Shown: positions 30,316-40,244 of the stretch, one piece after another
Numbering within the stretch: the first letter of the stretch is position 1
How the letters are laid out: each line of letters opens with the position of its first letter
Assembly: GCA_963726245.1 (NCBI GenBank)
Contig: CAVSBT010000017.1
Location: 64,001-128,000, forward strand
Length of the DNA: 64,000 nt
Reading direction: 5' to 3'
Origin: an uncultured Chloroflexia bacterium
GTDB lineage: Bacteria > Chloroflexota > Dehalococcoidia > DSTF01 > JALHUB01
Made by a program: the position numbers and the translations under genes
Notes under the pieces: generated by a model
The model's database searches: none
Seen by the model: only the letters and a program-made list of their open reading frames with translations
Told to the model about the DNA's origin: nothing

Positions 30316-30945
30316 GTGATGAGGAAATCAGAACCGACAGCGGAATCACCTTCGCGAGTCCAGCGGCGGCAGAAGCGCAACCGCGCGGCGCTGGTCAAAG
30401 CCGCGCGCCGGCTGTTCGCCCAAAACGGCTTCGAGGCCACAACAATCGCCGACATCGCGGAGGCCGCCGACCTGGGCTTCGGCACCTTCTACCTCTACTT
30501 CACGAACAAGGAGGCGCTCTTGGAGGCCGCTCTCGACGATGGCGTCGCCGAGATTGCGGAGGCGCTCCAGGCGCCGGAGATCGCTGCTATGCCTGCCGAA
30601 GAGGCGCTGGTCACGGTCAGCACACGCTACATCCGGCTCATCCGCTCGCACCGCAGCCTGCTGGCGCTAACCGTGCAGCATCTGCCCAGCCGAGGACCTG
30701 GCGGCCGTCCGCTGGCGGAGCTACTCAATCGGGTATTTGAAGGAATCATTCAGCGCGGTGTGAGTGAGGGGGCTTTCGCCGTCGGCGATGCCCGGGTCGC
30801 CGCCCGGGCGATCGCCGGCATGCACATTCAGTTGTTGTTCTCAGCCGAGAGCGGCTTGGCAGAAGAGCCGCTGCTGCAAACGCTACCGGCGCTGGCGCTC
30901 GGCGGTTTGCGTCACGCGGGAGACGGAAAGAGGCAGGGAGCCTGA
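30316..30945 (+). CDS. TetR/AcrR family transcriptional regulator
   Basis: 'AARRLFAQNGFEATTIADIAEAADLGFGTFYLYFTNKEAL'. Confidence 0.93.
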   Translation: MMRKSEPTAESPSRVQRRQKRNRAALVKAARRLFAQNGFEATTIADIAEAADLGFGTFYLYFTNKEALLEAALDDGVAEIAEALQAPEIAAMPAEEALVTVSTRYIRLIRSHRSLLALTVQHLPSRGPGGRPLAELLNRVFEGIIQRGVSEGAFAVGDARVAARAIAGMHIQLLFSAESGLAEEPLLQTLPALALGGLRHAGDGKRQGA

Positions 30946-30968
30946 ATGAGCCACCTGAAGCGCGCTGT

Positions 30969-31013
30969 CTTAATCAAAACTTAGCATTTGGCCTTTATCC
31001 TGCGCCTTGGCGG
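30969..31013 (+). promoter_or_regulatory. 45-bp upstream element, copy 2 (before the efflux operon)
   Basis: cttaatcaaaacttagcatttggcctttatcctgcgccttggcgg. Confidence 0.6.
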
Positions 31014-31081
31014 GGGAGTATCAGCCAGAATGCGCGCCTGCGAAGGCTGCCGGTCCTCGCCATCCTGAGAGAGGTGAAGCA

Positions 31082-33796
31082 ATGAGTGAGCCGGAGAACG
31101 ACTACGCCGATCTGCTGGACGGCACCGAACACCGCGGGCGCAAGCGGCTGATTGCTCTGGTGGCGCTCGTACTCCTGGTCGTGGGGGGCGCCTACGCCCT
31201 CTGGGCCATGGTGCTGAGCGGCGGAGGCTCGGCGACGGCGGCAGTGCAGACGGCGACGGTGGCGACAGGCTCGATCTCGAAGACGGTGAGCACCACCGGC
31301 ACCGTCGCTGCGCAGTCGACGTCAAGTCTCTCGTTCGAGCAGTCCGGAAAGGTTACGGCCGTCAACGTCAGGCTTGGGCAAGAGGTCAAGCAGGGAGACG
31401 TGCTCGCCGAGGTCGATTCAACGTCGCTCCAGCAGGCCTTGACCACGGCACAGGTGAACCTCTCCGGCGCTCAGACCAAGCTAACCAGCTACTGGAGGGC
31501 AGCACCGCATCTACGCTGGCATCTGCTGACCAGAGCCTGACGCAGGCGCAGATCAGCTACGATGAGGCGGTCCGTGCCCTCCAGGATCTCCAGACCCCCC
31601 TACCGCCAGCGAACAGCTCGCTGCCCAACAGGCGGTGACCTCGGCGCAGGCGCAGCTCGATCAGGCAAAGCTTGCCCTGAGCGATCTGACGGCCGCCCCT
31701 ACCGGCAGCACCAAGCTCACTGCTGAACAGGGGGTGACTTCGGCGCAGGCGCAACTCGACCAGGCCAACCGCGCCCTGAGCGATCTCCAGGCCCCTCCTA
31801 CCGCCAGCGACCAGCTCGCTGCCCAGGGGGCCGTGACCTCGGCGCAGGCGCAGCTCGTTTCGGCGCAGTCCGCGCGTGCGCAGTTGGACTCGACCAGCTC
31901 GGACGCCATTACCGTCGCCGAAGCAGCCGTCACGAAGGCGCAGAATGCGCTGGACAACGCCGAACGCACGGCCTACAACGCCGCCGACAGCCTCAAGTCG
32001 GCCAAGGCGTCACTGGCGGCCGAGGAAACGGCCTATTGCAACGCTTGGACCGCCAGCCCTCCGGATCAGCCCGACTTCTGTTCGTCGCTGCCAAAAGAGC
32101 CAATCTCCTCGACCGATGAAGCCAACCTGCTGGCGGTAAAGGCTGGCGGGGGGACGCTCCAGGCTCACGCTGGGTCGGTGCTGACTGCCAACTCGTCCTA
32201 CAAGAACGCCCGGTCGGCGAAGGACAGCGCCGACGCCGCCGTTGACTCGGCTCAGGCGGACCTTGACACGGCCAACAGTAATCTCGCCACGGCGGAGGCA
32301 GGCCCCACCAGCGCGGACATAGCCAAGGCGGACGCCTCCGTCACGGCGGCACAACAGGCGCTCGACACGGCGAACGCGAAGCTCACGGAGCTCAACGCGG
32401 GGCCGACGGCGAGCGCGCTGGCTACAGCGCAGGAAAACGTCACAACGGCCCAGGGGGCGCTCGACACGGCGAAGGCGAAGCTTGCGGAGCTCAACCAGCC
32501 GACGCAGAGCGACAAGGAGAAGGCGCAGCAAGACGTTGTCACGGCCCAGGCAGCGCTCGACACGGCGCAGGCGAAGCTCACCGAGCTCAACCAGGGGGCG
32601 ACGGAGAGCAACCTGGCGAAGGCGCAGGACAGCGTTACTTCGGCGGCCGCGGCGCTCACTGCCACAGAGGCGAAGCGCAACGAGACTTACGCTGGCTCGA
32701 CGCCGGAGGACATCCAGCTCCAGCGCAACCAGGTGCAGCTTGCTCAGCTCTCCGTGGCGCAGGCGCAAAAGAACCTCGACGGGGCAAAGCTGATCGCCCC
32801 GTTCGACGGTACAGTGGCGGCGCTCAACATCGTGGTAGGTGACACGGCTTCCGGGACCAGTACAACTGCGCCAATCGTTCTCAACACGCCAAACGCGGTC
32901 CGCCTCAATCTGACTGTTACCGAATCCGACCTGGCCAGTGTGAAGGCCGGCCAGTCGGGCGTCGCCACCTTCGATGCGATAACGGGCAGCGAGTTCCCCA
33001 TCGTCATCGACGCTGTCGGAACGAGTCCGACCACGACTCAGGGTGTCGTCACGTACGTGGTGAGGGCCCACTTCGTGACCGGAGCCGCGGCTGCTACGAC
33101 AGGGGGCGCGGCAGGTGGCGGCCGATTTAGAGGCGCGCGCAGGTGCCAACGCAACGCCGTCGGCCGGTACGCCTGCAGCGGGGGCCACTCCCTTTGCTGG
33201 GGGCAGGGTGCCGGGTGCCAGGGCAACGGCGGCGTCCGGCACGGCTGCAGCGGGAGGCACTCCCCCCGCTGGGGCCGGCGCGCCGGGTGGCAATGCAGCG
33301 CCGCCAGCCGGCACACCAGTGCCGGGGGCCACTCCTCCCGCAGGCGCGCCGAGTGGCGGTATGCCTGCACCGGCCGGCACACCTGTGGCGGGGGCCATTC
33401 CCCCCGCCGGCGCCACCACGCCGCAAGCCACCGCAACCAGCGAGGCGAAACCGCTGCCCGGCATGAACGCCACGGTGATCATCACAGTGCAGCAGGCCCA
33501 GAACGTGGTTACGGTTCCCGACCGCGCCATCCAGACTCAAGGAGGGAACAGCTCGGTCGAGGTGCAGCAGGCCGATGGTTCAACCGAGACGGTGGTCGTT
33601 CAGACGGGGCTCAGCGATGGCACGAACACCGAGATCACGTCAGGCCTGCAGGCGGGGCAGACGGTTATCCTCCCCGGCCGCACCACGACATCACGACATC
33701 AACGACGGCACAGGCCACGACCACCACACGCCGGAACGCAGGGGGTGGCTTCGAGTTCGGCGGCGGCGGCCCGCCAGGCGGGGCAGGTGGCGTGCC

Positions 33797-33800
<4 letters not shown>
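31082..33800 (+). CDS. very long MacA/HlyD-type membrane fusion (adaptor) protein, several frameshifts
   Basis: N-terminal TM; lipoyl halves 'SGKVTAVNVRLGQEVKQGDVLA' and 'LIAPFDGTVAALN'; 'LPGMNATV', 'VQTGLSDGTNTEITSGL'; long 33-aa repeat coiled coil. Confidence 0.85.
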
Positions 33801-34521
<721 letters not shown>

Positions 34522-34525
<4 letters not shown>

Positions 34526-35779
34526 TCGCCTTCGACCTGATCCAGACGGCGTTCGTTGCGCTTACCACAAACAAGCTCCGCACCAGCCTCACCGTGCTGG
34601 GCATCGTCATCGGCGTGGGCGCCGTGATCGCCCTCATGGCGGCCGGCCAGGGTGCGCAAGAGGGCGTGACCAAACAGGTGCGAGGGCTCGGCAGCAACCT
34701 CCTTGTCATCGCACCCACACAAACCCAGCAGAGCGGCCCTGTCCGCACGGAGGCATCTACGCTCACTGCCCAGGACGCCGCCGCGATCAGGGATACCAGT
34801 AGCTTTCCGTACGTCGGGGGGGTAGTCGCCCAATACGAGCTGAATTTGGACACGCAGCTCCTCGGCAACGGGCGGAACACCACGGCCAGCATAACCGCGA
34901 CCCAGCCGGACTTCGAATACGTGCGAAGTTACACTGTCGCGGCCGGCAGGTTCATCACCGAGGACGACATCACGCGGAAGACGACGAACGTGGTCCTGGG
35001 CGCGCAGGTGGCCGCAGATCTCTTCGACACGGCAGACAACGCGGTCGGCAAGGATGTGCGTCTCAGCTTCGGGCCGTTTTCCCAGAATCTCACCGTGATC
35101 GGTGTCATGGAGCAGCGGGGCGCGTCCGGAAGCGGCACCGACGACACTCAGATATACCTTCCGCTGACCTCGTTTCTGGCGCGGATACCCTTCGCCCGCA
35201 ACGCGCGCGGGACGCAGAGTGTCCAGGAGATCCTCGTCAAGGTGACGGACAGCGGCAAGCTTAATCAGACGCAGCAAAACATCCAGCAGCTCTTGCTCGA
35301 GCGCCACAGCAACACCGCGGACTTCACCGTCAAGACCCAGAACGATCTCCTCAGCACTGCGAACAAGGTTAGTCGCACGATGACGATCCTCCTGGGCGCC
35401 ATCGCCGGCATCTCGCTGGTGGTCGGCGGCATCGGCATCATGAACATCATGCTCGTGTCGGTAACGGAGCGGACGCGCGAGATCGGTATCCGGAAGGCGG
35501 TCGGCGCCAGCAGCCGGCGACATCCTCATGCAGTTCATCATCGAGGCGGTGATCGTCACGCTGGCGGGGGGAATAATCGGCGTGCTTGTGGGCGTCGTCG
35601 CCGCGCGGGTCGCCAACGGCCAGGATTTCGGCACCGGCTCGCCGGTAGCGACGGTGGTGACCCCGCTGAGCATCTTCGCCGCCTTCGGCGTGTCGGTCCT
35701 GATCGGGCTCTTCTTCGGCATCTACCCCGCGTTCCGGGCCTCCCGCCTGGACCCGATCGAGGCGCTGCGGGCGGAGTGA
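34522..35779 (+). CDS. MacB/FtsX-family ABC permease (frameshift near 35515)
   Basis: 'NKLRTSLTVLGIVIGV', 'GGIGIMNIMLVSVTERTREIGIRKAVGA', 'PAFRASRLDPIEALRAE'. Confidence 0.93.
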
Positions 35780-36146
35780 GCGAGACCCGACAGATTCGCG
35801 GGCATCTGGTGGGCCTGGTTGCCTGCCCAACGCAGCCCTGATGGTCTGCAGCTACGATTCCTTCCCCTGGCCCCTTCGCCGGTCGCCGAGACCGTAGCGG
35901 CGACATTATGGCGTTAATCCAAATAGCCTAGTCCTGCGGATTGAAATCCGCAGCTTCCTCGAAGCTGAGGGTTCAACTCTCAGATGCGAATCTAGATACT
36001 TGAATGCCTTCAGGTCGCCACCACGGCGATCCCCATCGGCCGTGCCGGCCGGGAGGCGGGCCTTCGCGAATCTTGCGGGCGGCGTCCGGACTCCCCGGTG
36101 CGCGCTCTCTGACGCCTCATACGGCCGCCGTACGTCGATCGCCGCA

Positions 36147-36175
36147 CTCAAGACAAACCCAAGATCGGTCGACAC
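36147..36175 (+). promoter_or_regulatory. possible sigma28 (FliA/WhiG)-like promoter of the major pilin
   Basis: CTCAAG, 15-nt spacer, GTCGACAC; a loose match to TAAA/CAAG-N15-GCCGATAA. Confidence 0.3.
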
Positions 36176-36249
36176 TAATACAGGAGAAGGAGGCTCCTAT
36201 TGGTGCCTCCTTCGGACGTTTAGTGCGTTCAGCAAGGGGAGGTCTTTTG

Positions 36250-36615
36250 ATGGAGGCCAAGACGGAAGCCAGGAGACGGCGGGGTGAGGGCGGCTTCACG
36301 CTGGTAGAGCTGCTTATCGTCGTGGCGATTCTCGCCGTTCTCGTCGCTGTCGTGCTGCCCAACTTCACGGGCTTGCTCGGCAGCAGCAAAACCACGGCCG
36401 CGGACGCCGAGAATGTCATCGTGCAGACGGCGGTTGATGCAAGGATGGCGGCCGAGAGTATGGCGACCTACGACCCGGTTGTGGCCACGGGGACCGACAA
36501 CATGACGACACTCGGGCTGTACCCGGACTACATGCGGAGCCAGACCACGAATTGCTCCTACACTGTGGACGCTTCAGGCACGGTCGCGCAGGAGGCAGAC
36601 AGCTGCAAGAAGTGA
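36250..36615 (+). CDS. pilA: type IV major pilin
   Basis: Basic leader, G|FTLVELLIVVAILAVLVAVVLP class III signal with Glu5, C-terminal Cys pair, GGAGG RBS, first gene of the cluster. Confidence 0.88.
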   Translation: MEAKTEARRRRGEGGFTLVELLIVVAILAVLVAVVLPNFTGLLGSSKTTAADAENVIVQTAVDARMAAESMATYDPVVATGTDNMTTLGLYPDYMRSQTTNCSYTVDASGTVAQEADSCKK

Positions 36616-36718
36616 CGGGCCTGGCCCACGTAGGAGGTCCGTCGCGCGGACGGCCTGACGTCCGGATATGAGGTGTGCCGGGCGATGCCCGCGCACGAAG
36701 CGACAAGTTCAGCCAGAC

Positions 36719-36843
36719 GTAAGGACGGAGCTTCCCCGCCGAAGGCGGCCAGACGGCCGCCCGTCTGGGCCGGTCCGCCTATTGGGGGAAACTCCGTCCT
36801 CGAGGCAGCCGAAGGGGGCGGACGGAGCTAGAGCTCCGTCCTC
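36719..36843. repeat. degenerate REP doublet, family A, between pilA and pilB
   Basis: gtaaggacggagctt ... gcggacggagctagagctccgtcc, with internal hairpin ccagacgg-ccgc-ccgtctgg. Confidence 0.65.
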
Positions 36844-36871
36844 TCGGCCTCACTTGACGTAAGGGACTGCG

Positions 36872-38575
36872 ATGGCTGTGTCTACACTAGCACCACCCCT
36901 GAAGAAGCTCGGCGAGATGCTCATCGAAGCCGGGCTGCTGACGCGCGAGCAGCTCGACCGGGCGGTGGACGAGGCCAGGCAGCAACAGAAGCGGCTGGGC
37001 GAGTACCTGGTCGACGAGCAGCTTGTCACGCCCGAAGACCTGGCGATGACGCTCAGCGTCCAGCTCAAGCTGCCAATCATCGACCTGAGACGCCACCCCG
37101 TACAGCCGGAGGCTATCAAGCTCGTCCCGGAGGAGTATGCCCGCCGCTACGACCTGATACCCATCGAAGTCTCCGACGGCACGCTGGTCGTGGTGATGGC
37201 CGACCCGGCGAACATCCAGGTCGTGGAAGACCTGAAGACACAGGCCAGGATGGCCATCCAGCCCGCTGTCGGCATTCCCAACGATATCCGCGAGGCGGTG
37301 AATCGCAACTACCGGGCCAGCGTCGAGATCGAGGAGCAGATGAGCCGTGTGGCCCCCGAGGAGGGGGCCGAAGCGGCGGCCGAAGAGGCCCTCACGGCCG
37401 ACCTCGTCGCCCAGACGCCCATAGTCCGGACCCTAGACCTCCTCATCGCCCAGGCGGTCCGTGACCGCGCGTCCGACATCCACCTCGAGCCGCAGGAGAT
37501 GAACCTGCGCGTCCGCTACCGCATCGACGGCATCCTGCACGAGGTGCAGGAACTGCCCCTTAGCGTTCACCTTCCCCTGGTCTCCAGGTTGAAGGTGATG
37601 GCGGGCATGAACATCGCCGAGCGACGGCGCCCTCAAGACGGGCAGTTCTCCGTCGAGATCGAGGGCAAGGAGGTGGACTTCCGCGTCGCCACGTCCGACA
37701 GCGCCCACGGCGAGATGGTGGTGCTGCGGGTGCTGGACAAGTCGCTCTCCCTACTTACCCTGACGGACCTGGGGTTTCTTCCAGAGGCCCTGGAGCGCTA
37801 TTCTCACATGCTGCGGACGCCCTTCGGGATGATCCTGGTGGGAGGACCGACCGGCTCCGGCAAGACGACGACCCTCTACTCCTCCGTCAACCAGCTCGAC
37901 CGCCGGGCGCGCAACATCGTCACGGTTGAGGACCCTATCGAGTACCATTTCGAGGGCATCAACCAGATCCAGGTCAACCCGCGGGCGGACATGACCTTCG
38001 CCGGCGGGCTGCGTGCCATCATGCGGCTGGACCCCGACGTAATCCTTGTCGGAGAGATACGTGACCACGAGACGGCCAGGATGGCCACGCAGGCCGCCCT
38101 CACCGGGCACCTGGTCCTCTCCTCCATCCACGCCAACGACGCCGTGGGTGTGCTCTTCCGGCTCTTGGACCTGGGCGTCGAGCCCTTCCTCATCTCATCG
38201 GCCCTGGTGGGCGCGATCTCCCAGCGGATGGTCCGTCGCGTCTGCCCGCGCTGCCGGAGCCTGTCCGAGGTGCCGGCGGAGGAGCGACAGGCCTATGAGG
38301 TGGAGCTGGGCGAAGCGCCGGAGAAGCTCTACTACGGGGCCGGCTGCAACTTCTGCGCCAACACCGGCTACCTGGGCCGGACAGGCGTGTTCGAGGTCCT
38401 CACGCTCGGCGAGGAGCTTCGGCGCATGCTCCTGCGCGGCGCAAGCTCTGGCGAAATGAAAGCCCTGGCCACGAGCGAAGGCATGATCCCCCTGCGACGG
38501 GACGGCATGCTGAAGGTCCAGCAGGGCGTCACAACGCCGCACGAAGTGATCAGAAACATCTTCACCATCGCCTAG
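36872..38575 (+). CDS. pilB: type IV pilus assembly ATPase PilB/GspE with N-terminal MshEN-like motif
   Basis: 'KLGEMLIEAGLLTREQL...RLGEYLV', GPTGSGKTTT, 'DPDVILVGEIRD', tetracysteine motif. Confidence 0.95.
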   Translation: MAVSTLAPPLKKLGEMLIEAGLLTREQLDRAVDEARQQQKRLGEYLVDEQLVTPEDLAMTLSVQLKLPIIDLRRHPVQPEAIKLVPEEYARRYDLIPIEVSDGTLVVVMADPANIQVVEDLKTQARMAIQPAVGIPNDIREAVNRNYRASVEIEEQMSRVAPEEGAEAAAEEALTADLVAQTPIVRTLDLLIAQAVRDRASDIHLEPQEMNLRVRYRIDGILHEVQELPLSVHLPLVSRLKVMAGMNIAERRRPQDGQFSVEIEGKEVDFRVATSDSAHGEMVVLRVLDKSLSLLTLTDLGFLPEALERYSHMLRTPFGMILVGGPTGSGKTTTLYSSVNQLDRRARNIVTVEDPIEYHFEGINQIQVNPRADMTFAGGLRAIMRLDPDVILVGEIRDHETARMATQAALTGHLVLSSIHANDAVGVLFRLLDLGVEPFLISSALVGAISQRMVRRVCPRCRSLSEVPAEERQAYEVELGEAPEKLYYGAGCNFCANTGYLGRTGVFEVLTLGEELRRMLLRGASSGEMKALATSEGMIPLRRDGMLKVQQGVTTPHEVIRNIFTIA

Positions 38576-38590
38576 ACCGGAGAGGGCAGC

Positions 38591-39796
38591 TTGGCCTACA
38601 GATACGTCGCCTTCACACCGTCGGGTGAGCAAATAAGGGGCTCGATAGACGCCCCTACTGAGGATGTGGCCGAACGCGCCCTCTGGGACTGGGGCTACAA
38701 GATCGTCACCCTCCGGCGGTCGTGGGCGGCGCCGCAGCTCGATAAGATACTGCCAACCCTCTTCAACATCAAGACACAGGAGATCATCACCGTCTGCCGG
38801 CAGATGGCCACACTCGTCGAGTCGGGCATCGCCGTGCTGCCTGCCCTCGAGCTCCTGGGAAGGCAGGCACGCCCCCGGCTGCGACGGGTCCTGGACGACA
38901 TCGTTCAGGCCATCAAGCAGGGCGCCTCCTTCTCCGACGCGTTGCGAGAGCATCCTCAGGTCTTCCCGCCTATCTTCGGTCACATGATCGCCATAGGCGA
39001 GCGGACTGGAAACCTGGAGATGGTGCTGCGACAACTGGCGGAGCACATGGAAAAGGAACAGGCGATCATCAAGCGGGTGCGAGGAGCCATGGCTTACCCG
39101 GCCTTTGTCATGCTACTGGCTGTCGGTGTCGTGGGCATCCTGGTGACGACGGCGCTGCCGCCCCTGCTTGGCCTCTTCGATGAGTTCGGCGCTCAGCCCC
39201 CCCTTCCCACGAGAATCCTCTTGGGGGTCAGCCACTTCGCGACCACCTACAAGCTCCACATGGCTGTGGGGCTGGTCGCGGTCGTGGGCATGGGGGCCCT
39301 CTATATCAGGCAGCCCTCCGGCCGCAGACAGCTTGATTATCTTCTGCTGCGGCTTCCCCTTTTCGGGCCTATCACGAGACTGAGCAACGCATCTCGCTTC
39401 AGCAGGACGATGGCGATCCTCTTGAGGGCCGGATTGCCCCTCTCCGAAGTCATGGATTTGATCATTCACACCACACAGAACCGGATCTTGAATGAGTCCA
39501 TGGAAGAGGTCCGCGACAAGCTGCTCAGAGGCGAGGGCCTCTCGAAGCCGCTAGCCGGCTCCAAGATGTTCCCGCCGATGCTCGTGCAGATGGTGGAGGT
39601 AGGCGAGGAGACGGGTACGCTGGACAGCAACCTGGAGACGATGGCCGAGTTCTACGCCCGAGAGGTCGACGAGCGGATCAACACGCTGACCGCCATGATC
39701 GAGCCCGCCATGACCCTCGTCATGGGCGGCATCGTCGCCTTCATCGCCATCTCCATCATCATGCCCATGTACAGCATCATGCAGTCCATTCGCTAG
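38591..39796 (+). CDS. pilC: type IV pilus platform protein PilC/GspF
   Basis: 'RQMATLVESGI', 'GERTGNLE', 'AMAYP', 'VGEETGTLD', 'IEPAM'. Confidence 0.95.
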   Translation: MAYRYVAFTPSGEQIRGSIDAPTEDVAERALWDWGYKIVTLRRSWAAPQLDKILPTLFNIKTQEIITVCRQMATLVESGIAVLPALELLGRQARPRLRRVLDDIVQAIKQGASFSDALREHPQVFPPIFGHMIAIGERTGNLEMVLRQLAEHMEKEQAIIKRVRGAMAYPAFVMLLAVGVVGILVTTALPPLLGLFDEFGAQPPLPTRILLGVSHFATTYKLHMAVGLVAVVGMGALYIRQPSGRRQLDYLLLRLPLFGPITRLSNASRFSRTMAILLRAGLPLSEVMDLIIHTTQNRILNESMEEVRDKLLRGEGLSKPLAGSKMFPPMLVQMVEVGEETGTLDSNLETMAEFYAREVDERINTLTAMIEPAMTLVMGGIVAFIAISIIMPMYSIMQSIR

Positions 39797-39798
39797 CC

Positions 39799-40244
39799 AT
39801 GAGCGCGTCCAGGAAGGCAAAGTCGGAAGGCCGGGGGAACAAGCGCGGACGGCCCGCGCCGGCCCACGCCAGCCTCGGGCAGCCGCGGGCGAGGAGGGTT
39901 TGGGGCTGGTCGAAGTGCTGGTTGCCGTCGCCATCCTCGGCATGACGTTGGTCGCGCTCCTGGCCGCCCTCTCGACGGGCTCGATAGGCGTCACCACCAC
40001 GGATAGCGAGGTGACAGCCGCGAACCTGGCCCGCTCCCAGCTCGAGTACACCAGGAGCCAGCCGTACGCCGAGGTTCCCACTGAATACGCCACAGTGACG
40101 CCGCCGGCCGGATACACCGTGTCAGTACAGGCCGCCTCCATCCCCGAGCCCGTCACCGACACCAACATCCAGAAGATCACCGTTATCGTTGCCAGAGACG
40201 GCAAGACGCTGGCGACGGTTGAAGACTACAAGGTCAAGAGATGA
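39799..40244 (+). CDS. minor pilin (PilV-like); leader probably frameshifted
   Basis: GEEG|LGLVEVLVAVAILG class III signal; the in-frame ORF starts at 39900 and the upstream ATG at 39799 is out of frame. Confidence 0.78.

Noticed and set aside
36250-36615. Major pilin as an electrically conductive e-pilin
   Set aside because: The mature pilin is about 106 aa with only about 6 aromatic residues and a long aromatic-free gap, below what is proposed for e-pili.
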